Below are positions 53,070 to 64,000 of a stretch of DNA of 64,000 nt, in pieces; the first letter of the stretch is position 1, and each line of letters begins with the position of its first letter. Origin of the DNA: Geosiphon pyriformis uo1 (Eukaryota; Fungi; Glomeromycota). The stretch is from positions 772,513 through 836,512 of the forward strand of contig JAAOMT010000786.1 of the NCBI GenBank assembly GCA_016748015.1, written 5' to 3'. A program made the position numbers and the translations under genes. Below the pieces are notes generated by a model, which was not told the DNA's origin, did no database searches, and saw only the letters and a list, made by a program, of their open reading frames with translations.

Positions 53070-56000
53070 TTATAATCCTGTAATTATATCCTGACACCAC
53101 CTATTTTTTTCAAATCTCGCATTGTATTTTCCCTTGATTTCATTTAACATGAACAAAAGGGAATCGTAGTCCATAGAATCAATATCTACAACTGCCTCGG
53201 ATACCTCTCGAAGAAAGTCAGCCACAATTGCGCTTCCCAACTAAAATTTCAAACGAGAAAATGTATAAATGTATACTTGAATGTATCTGTAATTTTTTCC
53301 GATATAAAAGACTTACATCAATTTCCAATTGTGAAAAATTCTTCGGCTGAGTTTTGCCGTCGATCTCCATAGAATCTGTATCGTCTAAGAATCGATGAAA
53401 TAAGCAAGGCAAAGACGTTCATATGATTTATCACTCGTTTCAAATACTGATAAATCCGAAAACTAGAACATACGTTTCGAATAGTTCTCTAATTGATTTG
53501 CCTTTCGTTGTGCGAGCTTTAATTGATAAATTATATGTCCAAGTTTATTAGACCATTCGCGAAATTACCAAAAAGACCAATGATATATGAGTTGATTAAT
53601 TTTACCTTCACAACAGTAGCAGGGAAATTAGCTAATTCGGCAACATGGATTCCGAAACTTTCATCACAGACACCTATTAATACGAGAATATTAGTATCAG
53701 GAAGCAGATTCAATGCGAGATGAATTTAAAAGAAATCATAATTACCTTCATTGACTCTGTATAACAAGGTAATGTCGCGGCCTCCATCACTATTGAGCCC
53801 AATATCCGCAGTTACATGGAAATTACGTACATAAGGTAATTCTTCAGCAAGAGCAGTTAGTTCGTGAAAATGTGTGGCGAAAAGGCAGTAGCATCTCATC
53901 TGCTTTGCGATATGTCTTGAAAATGATGTGTATGGCATGAAAATAAATAGATAGACTGAAGAATAAAAATATAAAGAAAAGTGATCTTACTCAGATATAG
54001 ACCAGGCTAGACCAAAACCATCATATGTACTCGTTCCCCTTCCAAGCTCATCGATTATGATCAAAGAGTACGGGGTGGCCGTCTGGATTTTATGGTGGTG
54101 AGTTTCTTAGACGACAAAGGATAAAACAATAATGCTTCAACATACATTTAAAATACTAGCTGTTTCCAGCATCTCTGCCATGAATGTTGAAATTCCTTTG
54201 AGTTGACTATCCCCAGCACCGACTCTTGCATGGATACAGTCAATTATAGAGATGGTGGCATCGGAACATGGGACAAAACAACCTGTTTGAGCCATTAGGG
54301 TGATGACTCCAATCTGAGTTTTTTAAAAAAAGGCTCGAACTCAGAAAACTTGGTAGAAATAATTCAAGATTAAAAACCTAATTTTTAGATGGCTTACTTG
54401 ACGAATGTATGTTGATTTGCCACCCATATTAGGGCCAGTTATTATCAAGAATTCACTTTGATCTATGGAGATTAATGTGAAATTGATTAATGTAGAATAA
54501 TAAAAAATTCAAGTTTTTTTTACCTCGAATCAATTCGACGTCATTTGGAATGAAGGAAACGTCAGATTGGACCTCCAAGCAAGGGTGCCGTGCTTCTTTC
54601 AAAGATATATATCCCTCACCTTATGGAATATTGAATTACATGTCTATAATGAAATTTAACACAATGTTTAATCTGAGGAGGTTTTTGAAGTTACCTTTCG
54701 CAAACATCTTTGGACGAGTATAAGCTTTTGGAGCATGCGCCGAAACCTCAGCGAAACTTGAATGATTCAAATATTTGTAAATAAAATAACGAGATGACTT
54801 TTGACTGTATCAATTTTTCATGATCTCACCTCAACAATACATCGAGGTTTGCTAATAGAGCGTTAAGAGTCTCCAAGGTGGGACAATGTGTGGCTGAGTT
54901 CGAGTTCATAAATTTTTTCATAGTAAGTAGACGATCAATGTTTTATTTATAATTACTATTAATACAAGAACAATTAAGTCGCCATACCAGCAATAGTGAT
55001 CACCTCTTTAACCAGTGATCGTTGTTTCTTGCTATACTCCTCACTAAGATCCTCAAAATTCCGTGTTAACTTTTGAATTGTACTAGTTGTGAAGTATACC
55101 CCAGTCTTTAGTGTTACAAGCTCAATGTAACTTTTGTTGCCACGTATACATGCAGAATCCTTTTATAATTTGCCGGAAATATTTAAGAAATCTCATTAAG
55201 CTTTTGAAAAAATGAGTAAGGACCATATGAAACTTAATTACATTACGCGTAATTCGAAAACAGTAGCCGTAAACATGATGTTTTTCAAGATGAAGTTTCT
55301 TCTGTGTATCCAAATTGAGTTTCTCTCCAAGCTATAAATAAAGTATCATGTTAAGAATTTCGAAGAATTTTTATCCTAAAAAGATCCAATCCTTGATACC
55401 TCTCGATGTTCCTCATTCATTTCATCCATGGTCTGATTCATTTTGGTACGTATTTCTATAAAATAGTAAATTTAGCTTTGCAAAAAGAATTCTTGAAAAC
55501 TTGATATTATTCTCCACCTTGCAACTCTTCATCAACATCTGGTTTAATTAGATATTTATGATTATCGAGGGCCTCCAAATCTATTGTGGTTTCAACCATT
55601 TCTCGCAGTGGATCAAGTTGCTCCGTGAATCCCTAGGAATGGATGTGATTTATAAGCCAAAAAAGTTCAACCACCGTATGTTTGATTCCCTCTTACCTTT
55701 AATTTTTCAATATAAATTTTTTCCAATAATTCTTGATGTTCTTCATTTACGGAACGGTTGTTTTCCAATATATTAAGTATGACAGGCAATCTTGTGACAA
55801 CTTGATAAACTCGAACCACTTCCTATACGTAAATCATTTGAAATCCGCTTCATTACAGCATTAAAAATAAGAGAATATTGAGTGAAGTACCTGTAATGAG
55901 GCCACCGGAAAACCTTTTTTAAGTCGTTTTGCCAGCCGATAAAGATCGGGAATATTCTTGAGACCTTCATTCTGTCCATTGATATGAATATAAAAGTTGA

Positions 56001-58104
56001 TCACAAAGAGATTAATGGAGAATTTAAATAGAAAATCCATACCCTTAAAGATTGTCTCAACGTCGCATCATTAAAGAAAGTTTCCACCAAGGTCTGCCTT
56101 TGTTCTGATTTGGGTGATTTCAAAACAATTTTTTAGGACATTTGGTCATTAACAATGGATTGAAAATAGAAAGGAAAATGAAATCTATATCTAACCTATC
56201 TCTTTTAGTTCCATCAAAGGTTGTTTTAGCCATTGGCATAACAGCCTTTCCCCTTGTGCAGTTTTACATCTATTTAAAAGTCCTAATAAACTCATAGTCT
56301 TGTTTGAGCCTATTGTTTTGAAAAGAATCAAATTATGTGAACTTTATGAGAAATTACAATGTGGTGAAAGTGGAAATCATCAATAAAAAAGCGGTTAGAT
56401 ACCGTCTTGTGGACTCGGCATCAAGTTCAATGCCCTAACAGCGGATGTATCCAATTTCATATATTGTGATAGATCGTGGAGTCGCATAGTATAATTTCCA
56501 AAGTTACTCATATCAGTCAAAAGCTGTTTAAAACAAGAGGTAAATAATTCATTCATAAAGAGAAGGTATTTATTTGGAAATCAAGATTTCAGAAAAATCC
56601 TCATGGGCCACCTCGAGATATTTGATTAGGCTTGCACAAGCGCCCATCGCAACCTTTAATTCGAATTCGGCTAAGAAAATAGCATGAAATTAGAGAGAAG
56701 ACTTTTTACTGAACTACAAAAGAAATTCGTAACTCACGCAAATTAGCCACAGATGTCCCATCAGCCAATAACCTATTCAGATCTTGTTCAATATCCTTAG
56801 TAGAAAAATCAGCTGAAAAACGAAAATGTCAAAAAAGTTAGTGATGTCAGAAGTAGGGCGTTGAATAAAATAGTTCAATAACTTCCTAACCATTTTTCAA
56901 TTCAGTGATAACAATGCCACATCGATCAAGAACAGCCTTCAACCTTGACAAATCATAATCAGTTTCAGATGTGCGTACGCCACATTCTTTGACACCAAGT
57001 TGAATCACAAGGGCCTATAAAATAAAGTAATAAGCGATTAGAGAAATGATAAAGATTACTGAGGTTATTCAAGAGACCAAAATCAAATATCTACTTCCTT
57101 ACTTCAAAGTTTGAATATAAATTATTATCTGGAAATTCCGCGACACCCAATTCACCAATAGTTGTGTCAGCAAAGGCGACGCCCACTGTATTTTGCTTCC
57201 CAAGGTTAACCGTCATTGCAATTGGTGAGACAGACATGTCTACATTTGTGAATAAAAGGTCTTCAAATTCTTGCAGGTTGCCTGGTGAGGCCTATGTTAA
57301 TATAATTCGAGAATGAGGTTTAGATATTCATGAAAACGAGCCGGATTGTTTAATTACACAATTACCCTCTTTATCACTTTCCAGCCAGTTTTCCTAGGTT
57401 CCATACCCCACATTTCTACTTTCATCTGCTTATTCAGTAAAGCATCGCGTAGGAATGTTTCAGCTACTAGGCGATTTAAAGTGCAGCTTGGTACTCCACT
57501 TCCGACGTCCCCTTCAAGATGTAATATTGCAGAACCAACATATCAGTATACCTTTGAATTTAATAATAAACCTTTAAAAATTATTAGTCCAACTTACCAC
57601 CCAAGTATTTTATTACTGACGAAGTCTTGTAGAGATTCTGAGCGATAAAGAGCGCATCATCTCCATGAACACTATAATAATCCTATAATAGAGAAACATT
57701 AATGAAGCGATCCGTTTGATGATTCTCCAAGCGATGTAATATGAATTGATTTAAAAGCACAGATACCCCCGAGCTTCGCTCAAATAGACGAATAGAGTTT
57801 TCTGGTTTCTGTTAAGATGCATGTATTTGATCAAAAGTTGCCAATTTGAAATTTGATCGCGTTAGTGCACCAAGGAAAACAAATACGCTTGCATACCTGG
57901 GGAAGCCCTCTAAAGAATATGCAGAATTGCTGCTCACGTTGGTGATTTTCTAAAATAGAATACTATTTAGTGGTTGATTTCATCAAAAAGGTTCGTCAAA
58001 TCTTAAAATTTAAAATTTCAAGAAATATCTAGAAAAAGAACGATTCATGATTTTTTAAAATTCCCAACAACTTGCAATAAAAGACTTTTTGAGAGATAAT
58101 TCAT
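53070..58104 (-). CDS. MSH2: DNA mismatch repair protein MSH2, about 25 introns; first exon/start uncertain
   Basis: Spliced exons give [122 protein letters not shown] and [13 protein letters not shown]. Stop at 53070-53072. Confidence 0.95.
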
Positions 58105-58145
58105 ATTCTTCGACTTTCGGCCAAGACCGCAGTAAAAAGTGATAG

Positions 58146-58184
58146 ACGCGTAGATATTTACGCGTTTTTGGGTTTAACACGCGT
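58146..58184. promoter_or_regulatory. Three clustered ACGCGT (MCB-like) elements upstream of MSH2
   Basis: ACGCGT at 58146-58151, 58160-58165 and 58179-58184, immediately 5' of MSH2. Confidence 0.6.
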
Positions 58185-59047
58185 GTCTACATATGTATCT
58201 CGTTTTGCCTAAACAAGTTTTCACATAAAACTGTTTTGAAAAGTCATTAGTTCCTTGGGTTACTTAATAATTACCAAAGGTTAAGTCAGGACGGTCCTTC
58301 AACGGACTTTCCATATTTGCAGTATTAATAAGTAGAGTTTCAGCTAGGTTTGAAGAAAGAAGTTTAAGACTAAGTTGAAACGCGAATTTGTAAAATTTTC
58401 GGCGGCCAAATTTCATATCAATTATCATTAAAGCTAGAACTGTGGCTAATTGTCCAGGGATCTTTCACATAGAACCCTTGGATAACCAAAAATCTTTACA
58501 TATTCTTAGTTTTGTAAAAAATAAATCGAACACATTCTGATTCTAAAATCAATAAGTTGGCTTTTAGGTCTCACCGCTTTACCTAAAAATTAGTGGGTAA
58601 ATTTTAATACTTCTAAAATTGATTGTTCGAGTCAATCCTTTCCAATGTTCTAATGTCACGAGCTTTGAATCAAGAGCAGCGTTTTTGAGGGCTTCACTAT
58701 TGATGGGCAAGGAGGATTTTCAGACTGAAACCTAAAAGTTGGGATAATTTCTTATGCATAATCGCCTGCTATCCCTTTACTCGTAGATTTACCTTTTTAT
58801 ATATCACGTGAATTAATCTGCAACCTTTTTATTCATGCGATTTGGCAAAATTCCAAAGTTTTCGCATCATAATAGCAAAATATTGGTCTATTCAACCAAC
58901 CATCTCTCATAGAGATGATACAGATGGCGAGTTTATGTCCGATAAATTTATCGTCTAATCCGAATTTCTAATAAACCGATCAGAGGATTTATTCTTAGTA
59001 AAAAGCAAAGAACATAAACTTTCACCTTTTTCTGTTTCCAGTGGATG

Positions 59048-61012
59048 TTACTTCCTTTTGACTTTCTTATCATGTCGAGTTCTCTTACTTTTTTCGAATA
59101 TATCACCATTCACTAGGATAGCACGTTTCTTTTTCTGTAACTCTTTGGTAGCACCAAATTTATTATCATGCAAATGCTAAGATGGAATGATTAATGTTTG
59201 AATATCAACCAAAAGAGGAATTGTGACCAAATGAACATGAGGACAAGAAAAAAATTCCACTTCACCATAGTAGCGACACGCTTGGCAGTAGCTATTTCAT
59301 TTAAAGATTCTAACACCTTATTCTCTTTTACAGGCCATTCCTCCATTTTCTTGTCTTATGAGTTTTAGAGGATTAAAATTTTTCAAACAAAAAATCTTTG
59401 GAACTAATTGGACTTACTTATTCTGGTTTCAATATTTTCTATCAGCTCAACATCCCTTTCTGTGACGATTGATAGTGCAATACCACCACGTCCTATTGAA
59501 TTAAAATGAATGAAAAAATATAGAAGATCAATCTTTCGATAAAATCTGACCTTCATTAAATTTATGGTTAAAAAGAATTTACCCGCTCGGGCTGTACGAC
59601 CAACCCGGTGAATGTAATCGGTCGGGTCTCGAGGGATATCAAAATTTACTACAACTTGAACAGTCGGGATATCAAGGCCACTATAAGTAATAATCTATGA
59701 ATTTTATTAATGAAAAAAAAAAAAAAAAAACGTTAGTTTTATGACCCCTTACCGACTTCCGACATCTGTAGCTATTAATACTTTGACCACCTCTGCTCTA
59801 AATTTGCCAAGGCTGTTAAGTCTTTCCTGTTGAGACATGGTTGAGTGTAAACTTGTGCAACGAATGTTTAATTCGAAGAGCATTATGCGCAGCATCTCAG
59901 CGGTTCGACATCTTCCACAAAATATGATGGTAGATTTTCCTGAGAGTTGATCAGATCTCAAAAGATTCATCAAATAAGGTTCACGAATATGCGAAGGAAT
60001 AAAGACATAATACTGGGCGAGAGTGGAGACTGTTCTCATGCTGTTTAGGGAGAAAGGTTAAGGAAATAACGAAAAATCAAGAAAACCCAGATATTGATTG
60101 AGAACATACTCGGACTTTATTTCATAAAGAAAAGGCTGATGGGAAGGGTCTTTTTGAGCACTTTGTAGTGCAATAATATTTTCGGTCATTGTCGCGGTGA
60201 ATAACAAGGTCTGACGTTGTTTTGGTATATGATCAAATATAACGGCAAGATTCTCGGCAAAAGTCGAAGACAAGAGACGATCTGCTTCATCGAGTACCTA
60301 TTTATTGTGAAAACGAAAAATTTGACTACCACTGTTGAAAAAAAAACGATTATTAATATGCAATATAATTAAGCAAAAGGTTGATTAAAAAAATTACCAA
60401 GAAGCGAATCTTTCTTAGATTGACTGCGTTCGAACTACTTTTTAGATGATCAACCAATCTCCCGGGAGTTGCAATCACAACATGTGGGCGGCGTGATAGC
60501 TCGATGGCTTGCGTCATCATATCGAGACCGCCTACGATAGTGCATTCTTTCAAACTGATTCCCTTTCCTAAAACTCGGAATTGCTCGGCAATCTGAAAAG
60601 CTAATTCTCTATATGTATAAAAAAAGCTTATTTATAATCTCGGTTAAAATAGTGAATTTTCAACTACATATATTATTTAACCTGTAGACCTTGTAGGAGT
60701 CAAGACTAAGGCAAATACCCCATATGGATCTTCAGCCAGCTTTTGAAGAATTGGTAGGGCAAAGGCAGCCGTTTTTCCGGAGCCTGTTTTGGCACCTCCA
60801 ATGCAATCTCTACCGGCTAGTATTGGTGGTATACATGCCGTCTGAATCTCGGTAGGAAATTTAATGGAAATTCCTTTAAGGGCGTCTATTAACCATGAAT
60901 TAAGTCCTAGTTGCTTGAATGACTTTATAGAAGCTATGGACACAGGATGTGATTTTTCTATTTCGCTTAAGCGCACTTCCTTAGGAGTTTCAGAAAGACT
61001 TGGAAAAGACAT
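59048..61012 (-). CDS. DBP8: DEAD-box RNA helicase DBP8/DDX49 (40S biogenesis); about 8 exons
   Basis: [78 protein letters not shown] and [13 protein letters not shown]. Stop at 59048-59050. Confidence 0.93.
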
Positions 61013-62440
61013 TAAAGCCAATATAAAAATAGAGATTTATTGAACAAAAACTGATACCGCGCCAAAAACCTTTAATTGTATAAAAAATTTTTATTTTAAA
61101 AATAGATGTAATTGCTAAAAATGTAACACAAATGTTTCAAGAATTAACTAGATCAAACTGGAAAAAACTTTTATTGATGGCAAGTACAATATGTTCAAAG
61201 AAAAATAAATAAGTCTCTTTCTTTTTCGGTGTGTATGTCATTCGCGTTACAAATGAGCACACACTATTGTTTTCAGGTGGTCTATCAATGAATACTTCCC
61301 ATTATATATGTATTCAAAATATTTAAACCTATGTAAGCATTTCCTATAAGCACCATTCAAACATGATGAATTTCACGAAATCTCGGTCAGTATACAAGAA
61401 AAAATTGTTACAAAGGAAGATATTTGCTTTAGATAAAAGAAACACGGGCACGCATTTGACCATCAGTGGTATATTTTGATTCGATTGGTTGGTAGAAATT
61501 CTCTACGCACAAAATGGAACGGCCATTACATCATCAATATGAAATTAGAGTAGGTGGAGGGCTAAACAGCACTTTTTCTTTAATGATCTTCAGCTGATCC
61601 AAACAAGCTTAATAGGTAAAATAAGCAAAATTTAAAATAGAAATATTTATAGTAAACATGCGTCCTGATTCATTCCCTCAAACTCTTGATTTAAAAGTCA
61701 ATCTTTTTTTGCTATCGGTAGTCAGCGGAATCAAATTCCATATCTAGAATATCTTTAAAAAAAGGTTTGTTCAAAAGATGATTACTAATTTGGTTTGATT
61801 ATCTTGTGTGATTAAAAATCCTCATTATAATCGGACCTTACGTCACCGAGGGCAGCAATTTTAACCACTGAAATTTCATCAATTATCCACAAATTGCGGT
61901 CAATTGCGACCTCTGAATCAAATGCCCATCTGATAGATACCTTACCACTCGTCAATTCGCTATAGGCCTATGGTAAGAACAAAGGGCCATGATTGGGCGT
62001 TTGAGGGACGAAACAAAAAGGTTTACGCTTTTTTCTTTAGGTTTGGCATTCTTATTAAAAGGCTTTCACCAGTTTTATTTATTACCTCTTTGGCTAATTT
62101 TCGTGTCGCATCAATGCTAACTTTTAGATATTCTGGATGTATATGTTACCAAATTTGGGATATACCGAGAATAAAAATAGATCAGGAATTTCTGCAAGAC
62201 AAAGCATACATGCAAGCCCCAAAACTGGCTAATTTCTGATTCTTTCTTTTGAGGGGAAGCTGTTTGGGCTTCGTTTCGAGCCATTATTCCTTAGGCTGTT
62301 ACACATTGCAATTTACCAATAACAGAGCAGAGAAAATTTTATAACAACATCATAAATTTAATGATAAAACCTACCAAATATTTGTTTATAATTCTTGTTA
62401 AAGATATATATGTTTCTGAACAAATTCCGGGTTGTTGATT

Positions 62441-63727
62441 TTATTCAGTGTCCATAGGCGCCTCTCCTTGACCAGTAGTTTGATCTTCGGTTGCTGGAGT
62501 ATTAATCAAATCCAAATATCCCTGTAGACGATCATCTTCGATGATCTCGAACTTTTGATCTGCGCTCACAATGCCAATAGAACAATTGAGCGTGGTCAGT
62601 TCCTTATCTTGTTGTAAAGTCTCACGAAGAGCGTTAAGCCCATGTAGGACGAGCTCATCCAATGACACTATATAAATTTATCAGTTAAAAATCTAATTTA
62701 AAAGAATACAAATGATTAATAAGAAAGGAGGGTTATACCATTTGGGAAACTCTCAAAATTTTTTTCAAGATAAGTCTTGGCCGACTGTGATCTTGCCCCG
62801 ATGGACATAGCATAATATTCCAAGAAATTACCGGATGGCGAAGTCTCATATAGATGTGGACCAGTTTCCTATTCAAAAAATCATTGGTTCAAAGATCAAT
62901 CGAGTGGCAAAAATAAGTTTAAACAAGGAAGATGTTCGTTTTTTTGAATCTAACTTACATCATGCCCTACAACCAAAAGGCCAACACCATAAGGTCGGCG
63001 ACCATAATTTTGTGTGTTTACTTGAGCCTCTGTTAAATTCATATAGGAAGTTACGTGCTAGCCATCTAAATCTGAGTCTGATAAAATTTCTGGAGTTTTA
63101 TCTAGCACTGACACCTACTATCCCCAACTGCTGCAACAATCCGGTAAACTGGTAGGGGACGATTGTACAACATTTTGGATTTCATAGCTTCAGTTCGCAT
63201 GAAATTACTAATGAATGAGTTTTTTTTTAGGAATCTGCGTTTTTGACAAACTGATGCAACAGAAAAGGGGAGATCATTTTCATAATTTCAATCGAAGCGT
63301 TGATTTTACCTTAGAACACGAGCATCTGATGTGAGTCCAGCGATGGCGATTCCCAGATGATCATCAATACGAATTAGCTTCTTTTGATATGAAGCAAGTT
63401 CCCCTGTAGACCTCTAACATATAAAAATATTCGTTAAAAGATGGGAGCGGAAACAAATATATCTGATAAAATTTTTTTTTATTCCTTATGGATACCTTAA
63501 GAGCCAGTAATACGGCATGTGTACTCGATCGTAAACCAACCGCTGCCGAGCCTTGCTTAACAGCTTCCAAGGCATATTCTATTTGGTGGATGCGTCCTTG
63601 TGGGCTCCAAGTTGAAATGTCGTTATCGTATTGGTTGCGGAACTAATCAAATAAAAAACGAACACTTGAAAAAGGGAAGTCGCCTGTGAACATAATTCGA
63701 CAAATAGAAATCAAAAGAAATTACCAT
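62441..63727 (-). CDS. PRE5: 20S proteasome subunit alpha-6 (PSMA1 orthologue); about 7 exons
   Basis: A 3-nt first exon (ATG at 63727-63725), then [32 protein letters not shown]...RRPYGVGLL...[14 protein letters not shown]...[12 protein letters not shown]. Confidence 0.95.
63414..63495 (-). other. Putative U12-type (minor) GT-AG intron in PRE5
   Basis: Donor GTATCCAT and branch-like TCTTTTAAC about 20 nt before the TAG acceptor. Phase 0, between ALK and RST. Confidence 0.55.
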
Positions 63728-63953
63728 GGTGTAAAAATAGTTTGCAGGAAAACCTTGAACGAATTTTTCCTTATTTTTTTATTTGAAGGTCCGAGTCAAG
63801 GACCCGAGAAATTCTTGGTGCTAAATTTTCAGGGTTTTACCCCGAAACCCGGTTAATAATAAAATAGGGCACGTAAAAGGTATTGTGGTGAATTTAATGA
63901 TTTGTATAAAAAATGACATACTTTATTCTCTCACACGAATTTATTTTACCTAA

Positions 63954-64000
<47 letters not shown>

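Noticed and set aside
55330-57770. MSH2 introns beginning GTATC (GTATCTGT, GTATCTAA, GTATCAAG) as U12-type
   Set aside because: Poor match at +6 to +8 and no convincing CCTTAAC-type branch point.
63958-64000. Terminal poly-A as a retroelement tail
   Set aside because: Similar homopolymers flank the gaps in this assembly and no element body is visible.

Overview
Eukaryotic, intron-rich fungal DNA; gene content and the bimodal base composition suggest an early-diverging fungus such as Mucoromycota/Glomeromycotina (inference). Gene islands of moderate GC alternate sharply with extremely AT-rich, CpG-free blocks of decayed retroelements (LINE-like with ORF1, APE and RNase H; ORF1-only copies with (TAA)n tails; Ty3/gypsy-like relics). 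Supported genes, with splice models read by eye: an ankyrin-DysF-MIT-like-FYVE-RING protein, Clr4/SUV39 H3K9 methyltransferase, a Ral-type GTPase, homoaconitase LYS4, an intronless SIN3, an HPP-family membrane protein, an SRPBCC protein, MSH2, DBP8 and proteasome alpha-6 (PRE5). The most notable unexplained signal is a degenerate IS607-type element (serine-recombinase TnpA plus TnpB/Fanzor2 relic) between Ral and LYS4, followed by a hairpin-rich segment. Two introns also look U12-type (minor spliceosome). There are two assembly gaps (21341-22043, 43157-43176). All family assignments come from motif recognition; no searches were run.
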